Part shown: in pieces, positions 1 to 13,854 of the stretch
How the letters are laid out: each line of letters opens with the position of its first letter
How positions within the stretch are numbered: the first letter of the stretch is position 1
The notes under the pieces: model-generated
Told to the model about the DNA's origin: nothing
The model's input: only the letters and a program-made list of their open reading frames with translations
The model's database searches: none
Source of the DNA: Nitrosopumilaceae archaeon
Lineage (GTDB): Archaea; Thermoproteota; Nitrososphaeria; Nitrososphaerales; Nitrosopumilaceae
NCBI GenBank assembly: GCA_965207375.1
Contig: CBDBMG010000002.1
Location: 320,001-384,000 of the forward strand
DNA: 64,000 nt
Direction: 5' to 3'
Program-made: the position numbers and the translations under genes

Positions 1-30
1 AATTAACATTTTCAGCTACTTGACTCACAA

Positions 31-271
31 ATATGTGACAGACCCTGTGAAAACCAATCATGTGAGCGCAAATTACACCTAGTTAGATATTCATGAATAT
101 CTTAGTTTTAAAGGAGTAGCTAATATCATTCTACAAATTTCAAAAGATACTGCATTGTGGTGAAAATTGTAGATTGCTACTATAAATAGAGCATAAGTAT
201 GATGAACGAATTAGGTGATTTTTGTGCAACTACATAGCTACGTTGTTGATTTTCACAGGGTCAGTCACATA
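31..271. mobile_element. MITE with ATATGTGAC-type termini
   Basis: 5' atatgtgacagaccctgtgaaaacc pairs with 3' gattttcacagggtcagtcacata; non-coding interior. Confidence 0.65.
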
Positions 272-1025
272 CGTGTTATAGCAACTGGCTAGCTATCGGT
301 TTAGCAATGAATTCTCCCAATGTAGCTCCTATATACCACCTGTGCTGTATAATGGTCACAAGGAGTTGCTGTCTATAGAGAGGTAGAACCTGACGATATC
401 AGATCATCAACCCTTCTGTATTGTGCTCACTGTGGCTTACACTACAATAAAAATTTGATATTCATCATATTAAAATTAGCTGTCACATCACATTCATGGG
501 TAAATTATACATAATTGCTAATTAATGTAAACCAGTTTATAATTACTGAAAAAGCTGTAGCTACAACTAGCTTAACCCAACTATAGGTCGTTCAATTTAC
601 AGGTATATATAAATGTATAAGCCTGCGTCAAATAGCTATCTATGCCAGTATAATAAAGGCTAGCATATTGCTAGTATATTGGGTGAATTAAACGTTGAAT
701 AGAACAATCAAGGTAGAAATATTCTAATAGAGCATATCTAATCTGTAAGTATATAGAAATTCCTGAACTGAGCAAAAATTTACTCAGGCCTACCATTTAG
801 TAATTTTCCAATCGTATCATGACTCACATTGCCAAAATTGATAGAGAAACATTGCTCACCACACATTCATAGCTGTAGCTATGAAATCAGTAAAGAAATT
901 TAAAACTTTATACACAATTTAAAAGAATGATACACCCTCAAACAGTAATTTAATGCTCATGCATGGAAGCTGGCTAAATAGCTACAGCTAATAGTTGACC
1001 TGTTTTTTCTAAAAAAAGAAGTGAA

Positions 1026-1386
1026 ATCTCAATCAAAAACACCCTGGGTGTAAAAAAAGGAGCGGCCAAGAACTAAAAAAAAGAAAAAAGGCCTGGATAA
1101 AAAAGAAGTGAAATCAAAATGGGCGGCCAAGGCCTGTGTAGTGTTACTGCTGATGGAAATAAAAATTTTAATAATCACAATTCAGGCCGCAAAACATTAG
1201 CAGATTGATATGTTAATGTTTTGCGGCCTGAATTGTGATTATTAAAATTTTTATTTCCATCAGCAGTAACACTACACAGGCCTTGGCCGCCCATTTTGAT
1301 TTCACTTCTTTTTTATCCAGGCCTTTTTTCTTTTTTTTAGCTCTTGGCCGCTCCTTTTTTACACCCAGGGTGTTTTTGATTGAGAT
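1026..1386. mobile_element. Near-perfect foldback element, ~175-bp arms
   Basis: atctcaatcaaaaacaccctggg...gcaaaacatta, ~12-nt loop, then its reverse complement; one-arm relative at ~9692-9855 and related hairpin at 51357-51773. Confidence 0.85.
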
Positions 1387-1650
1387 AATTAGTTACAGCG
1401 GCACGATGTTTTCACGTGTACTCGCGTGTATTTTATTACATCGTGAACTTCGAGATTATTATACTTGGACAAATACGTAGCTTTTGCTGTTTTTCGAGCG
1501 TTATTTGCTATCACACAGCTGCTTTGCCATGTAAGCGCATTGTTAACAAGCACCTGTAAACAAGCATAATTATTACGTAAGCGCCTGTAACATTTTGTGT
1601 GCCTACTAAAAGATTATTAAATGCTTAGCATGTATAAAAAGTAAACAAAC

Positions 1651-1967
1651 TAGAATGATAAAAAATTAAAAATTTAAAAAGTAAGTAGGGATTGAATTTT
1701 GGATTCAATAGTGCTACAAAAAGTAAGGAAACAAGGAATAAGATTTTGGGACGAGAAAACATTCTATAATTTATAAAGTTTAGTCCCTACTTTTGGCTCA
1801 CTTTATAGGTTTGCCAAAAGTAGGGATTAAACTTTTATAAATTATCTCATGCCGGAATGTTCTCTTGTCCCAAAATCTTATTCCTTGTTTCCTTACTTTT
1901 TGTAGCACTATTGAATCCAAAGTTCAATCCCTACTTACTTTTTAAATTTTTAATTTTTATCATTATA
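1651..1967. mobile_element. Palindromic MITE (copy 1)
   Basis: tagaatgataaaaaattaaaaatttaaaaagtaagtagggattgaa ... reverse complement; near-identical copy at 63686-64000. Confidence 0.85.
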
Positions 1968-2500
1968 TTTGGTAGCTAGGGATATACAAGTTACATGGTC
2001 AACATGTACATTAATAGTTGACCTGTACATGTGTTATATAATTATAGCGTGTACAATTGTTAACATAATAATACAACCACCATAATGTGTACATTAAAAG
2101 TAACATGGATTACATAATCCATGTACATAACTATACGTAACTATACATAGTTATAACAGTCAACATTATGTATAGGTAGACGATTAGTGCACGTATCATA
2201 AAATAACTCTGAATCATGAAATTCTGGAAATACAGAAGAAAGTTTACATCACAAAACTTAGACTACGAGCTAGTGGTACATCTATATCATAGTCAAGTGA
2301 TGTAATCGTAGTGGAGCAGTGTGAGTTGTGTAAAATATGTTTATACTTACATCCATGTCCTTATGCCAAGTTACAAGCATATGATAACTACTTATATATA
2401 GATCTGCAACTATGCATGTACTACAAGAATCATGTGTGTGGTGACCATGCATGTGACTATTATTTACAGTGAGTGTATAATATGTATTAGATGATGTAAC

Positions 2501-2975
2501 TAGGGGTGGGTGGTATCCATATAACGGTATTTAAAATAAAAATACTCCAGTGCAACTAAATATCTACGTACTAAATGGGCTCATGGCTTCATGCTAAACA
2601 ACAACTAATATACTGGTGTGTTTGAATGCAATCCATAAACATATGTATTACAACATGGTACGTACATATTAGCTACAACATGTTATCAGTGAAAGCAAGA
2701 GTTCATAATATATGGAGGGAGATATTATGAACTCTTGGTAATAGCTATGTATATCAATGCAACTATTAGCTACTTTAAGTATTGTAAATTCTCAGTAATA
2801 AAATAGTAAAACCCAATAAGGTCTTTAATTAAAATATTTTGAAACATTTTCAGGAATTGCTAAATATATAAATAAAATATAATATAAAAATTTTATTTCA
2901 CGGTATAATTATGGTATTTAAACAAGTGTGAAAGACATATTGTGATATAAATAGTTGGCATATTGCCCACCCTCA
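2501..2975. mobile_element. hAT-type MITE
   Basis: Termini taggggtggg / cccaccctca; 8-bp TSD gatgtaac on both sides. Confidence 0.75.
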
Positions 2976-3396
2976 GATGTAACCATATGTAATATACTTG
3001 TATTACTCTAATAGAGTAGTCATTGCAATAAATGAATTAGTACTTAAACCTTACTATGCTTTCCATACTTAACCGTCCCATGTAGGTGTTGATATACATA
3101 GCTACGTACATTGCTATAATTATGCATTAGATATGTTCATGTAATTTATGGTATTATGTGGTAACTTCTAAATGCACATGCAATTGCAATTATGTTGATC
3201 TTGTAAGCATGTATGTGAATCCAATATGTTGACTATGCATGTATGTGCATCCACTATGTTGACCATGTACCTATGCAAGCACATTCACTATAACGCATGT
3301 ATATCCACAATGTTGACCACGTACTTACAGCCATATACTCTCTATGTATGTACATCCACTATAATATATATAATTTAATTTTAACCATGTATACAT

Positions 3397-3595
3397 TACT
3401 GTAACCACTGTATTTTTCACGGAACGTTATTTTCATGAATTTCACGAAAAAAGTAGTTTCATGAAAATATAATCGCTATTTCCTACTTTAAACTGCTTTT
3501 CCAAGATACGGATTCGTGAAAATAAAATTGTGAATACTGCTCAGGTAGGGGATTCATGAAATATTAGTACCGTAAAAATAACAGCGGTTACGGTA
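3397..3595. mobile_element. Tc1/pogo-type MITE
   Basis: tactgtaaccactgtattttt ... aaaaataacagcggttacggta inverted termini with flanking TA. Confidence 0.6.
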
Positions 3596-5577
3596 TACTA
3601 TATCGACCATGTAACCGCACCTTCCACTGTTTTGATCATGTAACTGTTTATTACGTGCAAGTACTATGGTGAATACATATACGACCATGCATTAAGGTGA
3701 CAATCATGATGATTTGTATGCAATGCAATGTTACCATGGTAACTACAGTGGAACCTTGTTCATCCACACTCCAAAGATCTGGAACTATGTAACTATGGCA
3801 TATACGTACCTATGTAAGTATGGCAACCATGCAACTGTGTGCACATAGTCATGTACTACGTACGTATGTAGACCAATATTTTCCAGTAGTTACTAATTAC
3901 TTGAAGTGAGACATGTCACATGATTATATGCATGTAATGGATTTTCACTATGGTGACCATGTAACTAGTATATTATGTGACACTATCAGTATGGTCACCA
4001 TGCACAAATGTGATTGTGTGGCCACATATCCTTAATGTAATAATCCATGTGATCGTCTTGTCATACCGTGTAACGGCTGCATTTACGATGGTCATGTGAA
4101 TATAATGTGACGAGTCTGGTGATCATGAAGTATTACTTATGTACTACATATGCTCTTTTATTCATCACACAATTATTTCATTGAGTAGTCATCAAGGAGT
4201 TTCTTCTGAAAATTTCTACACAACATTTTGAGTTGTACAAAATTTGCAATTACATTTTCAAATGTCTCCAATGTCATAAAATATGTATTTCATGCATATT
4301 ACTGCATGGTGAATACACTTTTTGATGTGCGTCTGTTAGCAACAATTAACTGATCACATAATATAATTGTTAACTATTGCAATTATGTAAGCATTAGTAT
4401 AGTAATATATTAATAGCCATAAAATATAACATAATCTGAATTTGACCATTACATTTTATGTAATGATAAAAGTTACTGTACATGGTTAAGACTTTTCATC
4501 CTGCAAGACAAAAATAAGTGATTACACAAGCTTAAAAACAACAATAACTAGTAATACAACATATGTACCTACATACGTATGTACGTACATGCAGTGGATG
4601 GAGAACATAATCTACAGAAAGTTTGTGGGAGGCATGTCTTTTACCGAACACTATCAGTAATTCATGGACAATTACAAGTGTTATCCATTTGAGTGAAGAA
4701 ACTCTCATAGGGGTCTGATATCTTGTATGGGGTCCTTTAGAAATGCAACATTTTGAAATCTGAGATCTGTAAAAAATTTCTGATATCACACTCGTTGCTA
4801 TATAATTGACCTTGTGATGAACCCTGTGGTCAATGCTAGGCCTAGTGATATGTTTCTCAAGTGCATTACAGTGCCCTTTATTGCTTGTGGCAATAGTACA
4901 AAGTGATTGATTTTTGCTATTGACATTTTTCTTCCAAGGTATTTTCTCAATAGTCCCTCCACACAATATAACCGCAAATTTAACAATTTCATGAATAAAA
5001 GACAATACCAACCAGAAGTGATTTTCTGCATGGCGATTATAAAATTAATGCACTATTTACTGTGTCTGCAAATGCATTAAATACTTTATGAAATCGTTCT
5101 TGAATAGAAATTTTACTAAAGCCCTCCTCTAGGAAATATGTAATGTAATGGTTCAATGAATAATATCTCCAGAAGGCTTGACCCACTGGCCACCCCGGAA
5201 ATATTTGCAAAACTACAGAAATTATACATAGGTTTTATAGATTTCAAATTTCCAAGAGTCTGTACGGGATTTCAGTGGAATTGGACTTCGCAAAGCCTCC
5301 ATACCACTTTAGAAAAGGCCTCTACAAACACAACGCATACGTTAGTTTATACGAGGGTGTATTTTACCAGTCGAGAAGCTCACAGTTAGAAAACTACAGC
5401 GGTATATAGCTAGCTATTAATAACAGTAATCATAAGCACTTTAATTAGAGTTGAGTAAACACAAAACAGAGCTAGACTGCTAACCTTCCCTTTTCTTCTA
5501 ACTACCCCGCTTTTTTAATACGTACGTCAGTACACTGCCAGAAATGCAGTCATCACCCACACGTGTTCTCACATGTT

Positions 5578-5826
5578 ATATGCGACCGGATTTGGGAAAA
5601 CGTGCATAGTTCACACATCCAATTTTTGTCATTCAAAGATTCATAAAATTGGGTAGGAACAGTATTCAGATTTCATATTTGCAGAAATGATAGAGGAATA
5701 GTAGCTCTATAAACCCTGCAAGTTTCAAGTCTATCTACGTATCATCCCAAACAGATTTTATGAAACTTTAAAGTTGAAAAATTGGATGTGTGAACTATGC
5801 ACGTTTTCGCAAATCCGGTCACATAT
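5578..5826. mobile_element. MITE with ~45-bp TIRs
   Basis: atatgcgaccggatttgggaaaacgtgcatagttcacacatcc / ggatgtgtgaactatgcacgttttcgcaaatccggtcacatat. Confidence 0.8.
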
Positions 5827-5989
5827 ATGGAAAGCCATTGTGGACAAAAATTAAATTTTGTGTATGTATATACAAAATAGTTTCTTATTTTTATGTCGTG
5901 CTTTAAGTTTTGCTTTGCATTTGCTCCAATTGTTAGTTCAATTTTAATAGGTATTACAACTTCAACTTCCAATTTTATAGTAGCTACAA

Positions 5990-6506
5990 TTTAATTTTTG
6001 ACTTGCAATTTTATAGTCCAATTTTGAGTTGCAATTTTATAGTCCAATTTTGAGTTGCAATTTTATAGTCCAATTTTGAGTTGCAATTTTATAGTCCAAT
6101 TTTGAGTTGCAATTTTATAGTTCAATTTTGAGTTGCAATTTTATAGTCCAATTTTGAGTTGCAATTTTATAGTCCAATTTTGAGTTGCAATTTTATAGTC
6201 CAATTTTGAGTTGCAATTTTATAGTCCAATTTTGAGTTGCAATTTTATAGTCCAATTTTGAGTTGCAATTTTATAGTCCAATTTTGAGTTGCAATTTTAT
6301 AGTCCAATTTTGAGTTGCAATTTTATAGTCCAATTTTGAGTTGCAATTTTATAGTCCAATTTTGAGTTGCAATTTTATAGTCCAATTTTGAGTTGCAATT
6401 TTATAGTTCAATTTTGAGTTGCAATTTTATAGTTCAATTTTGAGTTGCAATTTTGAGTTACAATTTTGAGTTACAATTTTATAGTCCAATTTTGAGTTGC
6501 AATTTT
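5990..6506. repeat. 26-bp tandem minisatellite (~19 units)
   Basis: Unit agtccaattttgagttgcaattttat repeated almost perfectly, degenerate at both edges. Confidence 0.95.
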
Positions 6507-6544
6507 TTCATTAGATAAATTGTCTTCGAAACAATTAACAGTTT

Positions 6545-6884
6545 CGTAAAAGGGAAGGGATAACCTTTGTTGTGCTGAATTTCTGGAGACGCAAACCTAG
6601 CAGAACCCGGTCTTATGGCAGGCTGGCTGGCCGGCAGACGAAATCCAGGTGATTTTCGATTTTTAAAAATTCATTATAGATCGAAATAATCGACATTTCA
6701 ATTTGTTAAACAAATATAAGGCATTATTATAGCTGTGCCAGTACGTTTAAGTTGGTTTTTTTGGCTAAAGCGTATTGTAAGGAGGGTTTCTAGACATGTG
6801 AAAATTCCACATTCCATGCATTCCTTATCGATCCCTACTATTAAGTACTACCGTACTTAATGAAGTACTACCATACTTAATGAT
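6545..6884. mobile_element. Non-autonomous repeat ending in a short hairpin (Helitron/Helentron-like end)
   Basis: Ends ccctactattaagtactaccgtacttaatga (stem attaagtac/gtacttaat), hairpin partly duplicated; same end motif at ~20448-20478. Confidence 0.35.
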
Positions 6885-6974
6885 ACATAGATGTGTTATT
6901 GTGTCATAATCAGTGAAGAGAGTATATTAGACCAACTGTAGTTAGTTTGCGGATCACCTAAGTAAAGCCCTCTT

Positions 6975-7829
6975 TACATTACACACACATAATAACTTAC
7001 AACAACAATATTTACAAATCAAAACTAACAACACTAACAATTACAAAGTATATATACAAACACATCATGCATACAATAGTCAAAAAATAAAAAGAAAACG
7101 CGCAGGGCAGACCGGAATAGATCGGTATGAGTAAACTTTAGGATGTTGTATGGAATTGTATTTCACAAAAAAGGACTGTTAATAAAAAGAATAATGTTAT
7201 GAATTAATTGTTGATGAAGCAGGCTGAATATTGTGGGGATGAACTTTGGATAAATGAAAATGATCAGAAAAGGAAAAAGAATTTCTATTGTGAAAAATAT
7301 CGTGAACTTGATAAATAGAAAGATAAGTATGACGTTGGTGAATAGAAGGCCATTTCAGCTCTTTCAAACAATCATCCGAGGACTTACTCCAACAATATGA
7401 GGACAGATTCCATCTGCTACCAGCAGCCCACTGGCCAATGAGCACCTTGAAGTTGAATGCGCTCCAATGTGTTAATGTTTTTAGCTGCATGGAGAAACCA
7501 AACTGAACAGGCATACTCCATAATAGGGCACACAATACATTTATATGTAACGGACTTAACTATACCAGAACAATTGAATAAGCAATGGCGAAGAAAGTTA
7601 AGAGACCTTGAAGCCTTAGCAGTAACATACTTACAATGATCATTCCAATATAGATGGCAGTCAACAAAACTCCCAAATAGCATACTACAGGATTGCAGAA
7701 GATAAGTTTAGCATCCAAATAATATTTGGCCACAGGTGGAGTCCTCTTACGTATTAGATAACACAATGCTTTCACACTTATCAGGGTTAAGGCATAACAG
7801 CCATTATTTAGCCCACTGAACTACTAGCT
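6975..7829 (-). mobile_element. Decayed 3' fragment of a CR1/L2-group LINE (RT C-terminus)
   Basis: Frameshifted pieces YLGV, WNDHCKYVTAKASRSLNFLRHCL, YKCIVCPIMEYACSVW, LERIQ, LKELKWPSIHQRH typical of LINE ORF2. Confidence 0.8.
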
Positions 7830-8088
7830 CACTACCAGCAGCAAAACCATGATTTACCCATGCTGTATGACATGAAAATTCATGTAATATAAAACCTATG
7901 AAAATTTTAACATTTCATGGGTTGCATCCATGATATAATTGATATTCCTATGAATGAAATGACTTCATGAGTATATCATTGTATCATGAATTACCCATGA
8001 AATAAAACTTCATGGTACGAGTCATGGCATCATTTGATAATTCATGGCATTATAATAGATATTTCATTATACTCAAGTTGCTGGTAGT
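7830..8088. mobile_element. CACTA-like MITE
   Basis: cactaccagca ... tgctggtagta termini; many internal catga motifs; abuts the LINE fragment. Confidence 0.5.
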
Positions 8089-8813
8089 AACTTTTGACAG
8101 ATCAAGTTGGAGCAAGTCAACATCAGCTGGGGATACTATTTGTTTGCTAGCAGGCTAGTAAAGTTCATACTTCTTCTTAGGCCAAAAGATTGACCAAGGA
8201 TTTGACCTGATGCAAAAACTCCAAAACAGCAGGCCAGGTTTCTAAAACAGTGCCGTCATCCTAATAGCTATCACATGGAGGACAAATTCCATGAATTGAA
8301 AGGAATCTGACCAAAGAAATCAGTCAGCACATGGAAAAACAAAAAGGGCCCTAAAAATTCATACACCTGCATGGGAAAGAACTTGCCTCTTCCCAAATCA
8401 AAGTTTTACAGGTTTATTTAAACAGTTCTAGGAAGCAAGCTCTCACTCTTTCTGGAAAGACAGAACAAGCATAGAGCAGGATCAGTGCCATGTTACTAGA
8501 GGCAGCAGCAAGCAGCTTCTAGTTCACCTTTACTTTGACCCCAACTTAGCTGTAGAGGATCAAAAGATCAGGAAGTTGAGATCTTAAAAAGAATAGCAAA
8601 TTCTATTAGTTAAGGGATAAAGGACTTTTCTGACAGCAATAGTTTTTCTGTTTTAAGAGGCTCCAGCAAGCCAAGGGGATAACCAAGGGTTGAGTTTTCC
8701 AAAGAGTGATAAATTAATTCATATGATCAAACGTTGTAAACAATCCTGTGCAGCAGGGGCAGAGTGAACACAGATTGCAAAATAAAGATGTTGTACTCAG
8801 AGATCTCTGGACT

Positions 8814-8956
8814 CAGGGGCGTAAGAAGGCATTCAAACCTGGGGGGCCACAGAGGCTTAACAGGATTGATTTGTATGGCTAGAAACTAATTCCTATGGAG
8901 AAGTTATAAATAGTGGGGGCCATGGCCCCCGTGGCCCCCCGATTGGCACGCCTATG
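8814..8956. mobile_element. hAT-type MITE
   Basis: caggggcgta...cacgcctatg; TSD tctggact/cctggact (7 of 8 match). Confidence 0.7.
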
Positions 8957-8989
8957 CCTGGACTAGGCCAATAACGAAACGCACTTAAC

Positions 8990-9403
8990 TATGGGGCGCT
9001 GTTTGAGTCATAAAGCTATAAACATATAAGAGAAAATATATTTTAAAAATTATAGCTTCCAATTCTATTTTGCAGATGTGAGCAGTGTCTTCTCCTATTT
9101 AACTACTAAATCGGACAACCTATTTAGCTACTAAATCGGATGTCCGATTTAGTTGCTATATAGGACATTCGATTTAGCAATTAAATAGGACATCGACGTC
9201 GGATTTAGCAACTAAATAGGATGTCGGATTTAGCAACTACATAGGACGTAGGATTTAGCAACTAAATAGGACGTCCGATTTAGTAGCTAACTGAATAGGA
9301 GAAGACACTGCTCACATCTGCAAAAAAGAATTGGAAGCTATAATTTTTAAAATATATTTTCTCTTATATGTTTATAACTTTATGACTCAAACAGTGCCCC
9401 ATA
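8990..9403. mobile_element. MITE with ~120-bp TIRs and internal tandem repeats
   Basis: tatggggcgctgtttgagtcataaag...ctcctatt and its reverse complement; interior of ~27-bp aaataggacgtcggatttagcaact repeats; TTAA near both ends. Confidence 0.85.
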
Positions 9404-10474
9404 CTTAACATCATCTTGATTGTCCACAGTTAAAGAACTGGCTTAATTAAAATGGAGAAGAAAAACAATTAGCTAACATGGTTATATAATAGAATTATCC
9501 ACTTATCATTTTACATCGGATCCTATAATGTATCAGCATCATACACTGTCCTTTTGTTTGTAAAACATTTCTTAGTTTGGTATAAATGCCAAGTTTCTTC
9601 ATTCTTCCTCAGACTACCGGTTGAGACAATTCTTTGGCTACCTTAAGACCAAAACTCTTCATATAAACCAGTTGCTGTAACTATGTAACTAATAAAGTTG
9701 ACCTGGTTTTCTAAAAAAAGAAGTGAAAAGGAGAGTCCAAGAACTAAAAAAAGAAAAAAAGCCTGGAATAAAAGATGGCAAAATCAAAATGGGCGGCCAA
9801 GGCCTGTGTAGTGTTACTGCTGATGGAAGTAAGGCCGCAAAACATTAACATATCAAGATCAAGACTCACGGTAGTGAGTCGCGAGGCCAAGAAGAAGCAG
9901 CCGTACGCGACGAACGAGTGAGTTATTTACACGTAGCACTGCTGTGAAACTTGTTGGCGCTCTAAATAAGCCGCCATTAAAGCTATCGCTTAGTTATCTA
10001 GGACTCAGCACGTTATAACTATATGGAATCAGTAACCAAACAATGGAGGAACTAGGCGCCACCAATCATAAGTACCAGCCATTGCGAGTTTAATGGCACC
10101 CGTTCGTGCGCCCACGCTCAAAAAACCAACCCCTGACACCTATTCACTCGTTTACTAAACAAATAGTACCTTCAATGTATGAAGAATCGTTGACCTGAAG
10201 TCGTTTGATATCCATGGCACGAGTTTTCCGCACGCGCCTTATAAACTCTTCCTTCCATCAAAAATATTTTAGGCGCCCGTCGTTTTTTTCTTAATTCTTC
10301 ACCTGCTTCGCATTTTGGTTAGCAGGTAATACGTACGAGTTATTAAAAATTATTTCAGGTATTACCTGCGTACCATGGTACGTATTTTATTGAAAGCGCA
10401 GCTCATATTTAGGATGTGAAGATAAATCGAGACACTACGGCTTGTATTTCAAACCCTGGTGAGGCTGAGTTTTT

Positions 10475-10872
10475 GAATTTTTAATAAAACATTTTGTGTA
10501 ACAAAACACTACAGTATGATGACAATTACATCCAAATATAATATAGCCAGAAAACAGTCATTCTGGTCCGACACGGCTTTCTGAACAAGCCAGATCAATT
10601 GCCGGATCATTCAAATTGTGCCTGTGATGGCTTGATCTTGACCCCCTCAAACACATCACTGCTGAACGAAGCAAAGAAAAGCACAGCTTGATTCTAATCC
10701 AATGTAGCACCTGACTGTAAGGATGACCCCTCTTCTCCGAAATCAAAGTAGCAATGCGTTTATAAACAACCCTGGCTGTAGGGCCCATTCCACCTGATGA
10801 GGAAAAAATCAATGGAGAAAAGGTTCCTCTCTCAACCTCCCGAATCCGTTCATCATATGTCCTTCTCTTATC
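10475..10872 (-). mobile_element. CRE-clade non-LTR retrotransposon 3' end (distal part of the minus copy)
   Basis: ORF 10558..10884 with KRRTYDERIREVERGTFSPLIFSSSGGMG; ~99% identical to 26414-26800; A-rich tail; continues at 25325 across the transposon. Confidence 0.85.
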
Positions 10873-11974
10873 TAGGGTCCGCAATGTGAAAAATCGACCT
10901 TCAAGGATTAACTAGCAAACATCCTCCCAATGTTAGGCTAGGTGCCAAATAGAAAAGGCCAGATTGGCGCCAATTTCTATTAACTCCTTGTAGTAGAAAC
11001 TTGCAGAAATATCTGCAAATCGAGTGATAAAGCGTAGCGAATTTTCCAAAACCATTGCAACTGTCGCGATACTTGTTCTCAACCTTCATTAGTAAGTTTA
11101 CCCTGTTCTTAAGACATTTGTGGTAGCATTGTGATGGTTAATTTCCAGCGATCGCACAATCCCGACGAAAAATTGGAATTTTTTTTTACATTTTCACCTC
11201 TGGATCACAAAGTATTGAAACCTTACTAGCTCAAACATGATTGGTAACAGTTAAACTTTTACGACAGACAATATTATTAAATTTGAAGATTGTTTGCCAT
11301 CTGGGCAAACGCGATTCTACCAAAAACTCCACCAAAATCCATAATTTTGGGTGCCTAACTCCCTTTATCATGAACTATTACACTGTAAATTAGGTAGAAA
11401 GCCGTAGAAAGCTATATAACACAGCTACATACATATAGTCTTTCAGGCGTAGCTACACCGGTTGCCAACTTCAGTATGCTCACCGAGGCTGCATTTAAAA
11501 ATTATGGTGATGCAAGCATTTATCTAGGATAGTCATAATGGATCATTAAACTCCACGTCCATTACACTGCACATACGTAAATACTAAAAATAGTACTCAA
11601 CAATTTTAGACGGCGTCTCAGTGAAAATTTAATATCACAATCATTTATTTTTGTCACAGTGTCGCACTGATAATTTATATTGAGACTTTCGAACCACAGT
11701 TCTTATTATATCTTCAGGTAAGCTGACAGAAATATAACACTACAAATAAAACCACACTCGAAACATATACTCAGTTACGTTTGCGTGCATTATTTAGAAT
11801 TGATGGCATACGTAGCAGAAGTCTTTCGTTTTTGGAGATCTTAAATGTTAGGTAAGTATGTATAATATTGTCAATATAAATCTGTTGGCTTAGCTAGTCT
11901 TTCACGGCGAGACCTTTCCATCCGGCGCTTATTGCCGGATTCCAGTAGAGCTGCCGGATAGATACCGCGCTATA

Positions 11975-12820
11975 ACCTCCCTTCCTGGCAGTGGTGCTTT
12001 AGTTTCCACTGAGAGTACTACCCAAGGTGACCCTCTAGCTATGGCCATGTATGCTTTAGCTGTTTGTTCATCCTGCTGTATCTCAAGTGTGATATGCTGA
12101 TGATGCTACTGGTGTGGGTTAGTGTTCTTCCTTAAGGAAATGGTGGGATACACTTTCACAGCTTGGACCTTCATTTGGATATCATCCTAATGCTTCCAAG
12201 ACCTACCTGGTGGTGAAGGACATACGTTGTTGCTGCTAAGTGTGCCTTTAGTACTTTTACTGGTACCTGCTTTGCTGTTACAACTGATGGGCAGAGGCGC
12301 CTACGTAGTTACAGCAATTGGCCCAAGAGAGGAGACCTTTCCTTATGCAACCATTAATACTTCAGATAATGCTTATTTAGATGTTAAGGCCAGAGGCTTC
12401 TGATGTAGGGGTCAGAATGCTTATTTTGATGTAAGGGTATTTTATCCTAATGCCTCCAGTTACCACTTGCTCAGTCTCACTTCTGCCTACAAGTACCACA
12501 AGGATGCCAAGAAATGTGAATATGGTGAACGCATTAGAGAGGTTGAACATGAAGTCTTTACTCCATTGGTATGTATACTTTCACTGGTGGTATGGGTCGG
12601 GAGGCCACTGTCTTTTACAAGAGACTTGCTGATTTACTTAATTGCCACTCACTGGGGACAACCATACAGCTCGACAATTCACTGGGAATAATGCCGCTTG
12701 TTTTTCGTCTTGCTTTAATCAGCCATCTTGTGCATATGTGGAAGCAGGTCTTCTGTGCACTATCCTGTCCAGGGGCCACTGGACTTGTCAGTGGTTGTTG
12801 AGAGCCGGCTCACTGACTTA
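11975..12820 (+). mobile_element. Old decayed CRE-clade retrotransposon fragment
   Basis: Remnants of TTQGDPLAM, YADD, LDVKARGF, AYFDVRVF, HEVFTPLV and GGMGREATVFYKRLA with many stops and deletions. Confidence 0.75.
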
Positions 12821-13854
12821 TATGATATGTATTTTAATTAGCTAGCTAGCTAGCTAAGCTACAACTTTTGTATTTACTTCTTATTTTTGCTCCCCCTGCA
12901 GAATGGTGATTTGAGAATTATTTAATTGGCTGGATCACATGTGATGACATTATATTTTTAATGATCACATTTGTATACCTAATTGGTCTGATGTGAACCT
13001 CCCTGTGAAAAGGGTCTGGCCACGCGAGGTTAGGCTTTAGCTATATAGTGCAGAGTTGTATTTTGGGGCACTGTTGACTCGGGCAGTTTAACTGCATTGT
13101 AGATCAGGGTGCATGGGACTAAAATGCCGTAACTGGCTAAGAAAGACTGAGTCAATATAGCTAGCTATAGTTATACGTAGCTAGGATAATGGGATGATTT
13201 GATTTCAGAATACAATGATAAAACTAAAAAGTGTCATGGTTATGTGGTCAAGACTGCTAATTATTGTTATAATTTAGATGCTTATTTTGTAATTAGCTAT
13301 CCACCAGTGATAGTGCATATTTGACAATCCATGCACAATGTGTGCAGATACGAAACTAAAATAAATTTTTGAAATGATTTCTAGTAAATAGTCAAGATGG
13401 TAATTAAATTAGTGAATGAATTGAAGTCCAGGGCACAAGCATTTTATATTACTATGTTTTGTAAACTTTACAGAACTCAAAATTTGATTTGTGAATTACT
13501 GCTGCTACATAGTTAACCAAGTCCAATTGTTTTTGACCATTTCATGAAGCTAATGGCATGAAATAACCATGTATAGCTAGCTAGCATGTATGTAGGTCTA
13601 TGTTGTCATTGTTTAATTTGTTAAGTAGCTATTAGCCATGTACTTGAATCAAGTTATGGCTACATCAAAGAAATGTGCATCAAAGCATAGCTATATAGTT
13701 TATCTTAGCTATATATAGTATGCATACGTACATATATGTAGCTATTTTCCTTAATTGCTAAATTTGTAACTCGTTAGCTGGATGGCTGCATGGTGAATCT
13801 TATGTATTCTAGTAAAACTTAAGTAGGTGCATAGCTAGCTACTGGTATGTATAT

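Noticed and set aside
4532-5031. 159-aa ORF with faint BEN-domain-like stretch
   Set aside because: Resemblance too weak and no supporting gene structure.
5990-6506. CRISPR-like array
   Set aside because: Units are contiguous with no unique spacers, no cas genes, eukaryotic context.
10901-11089. Repeated 62-aa ORF (also 27236-27424)
   Set aside because: Lies within the transposon TIR; repetition reflects DNA identity.
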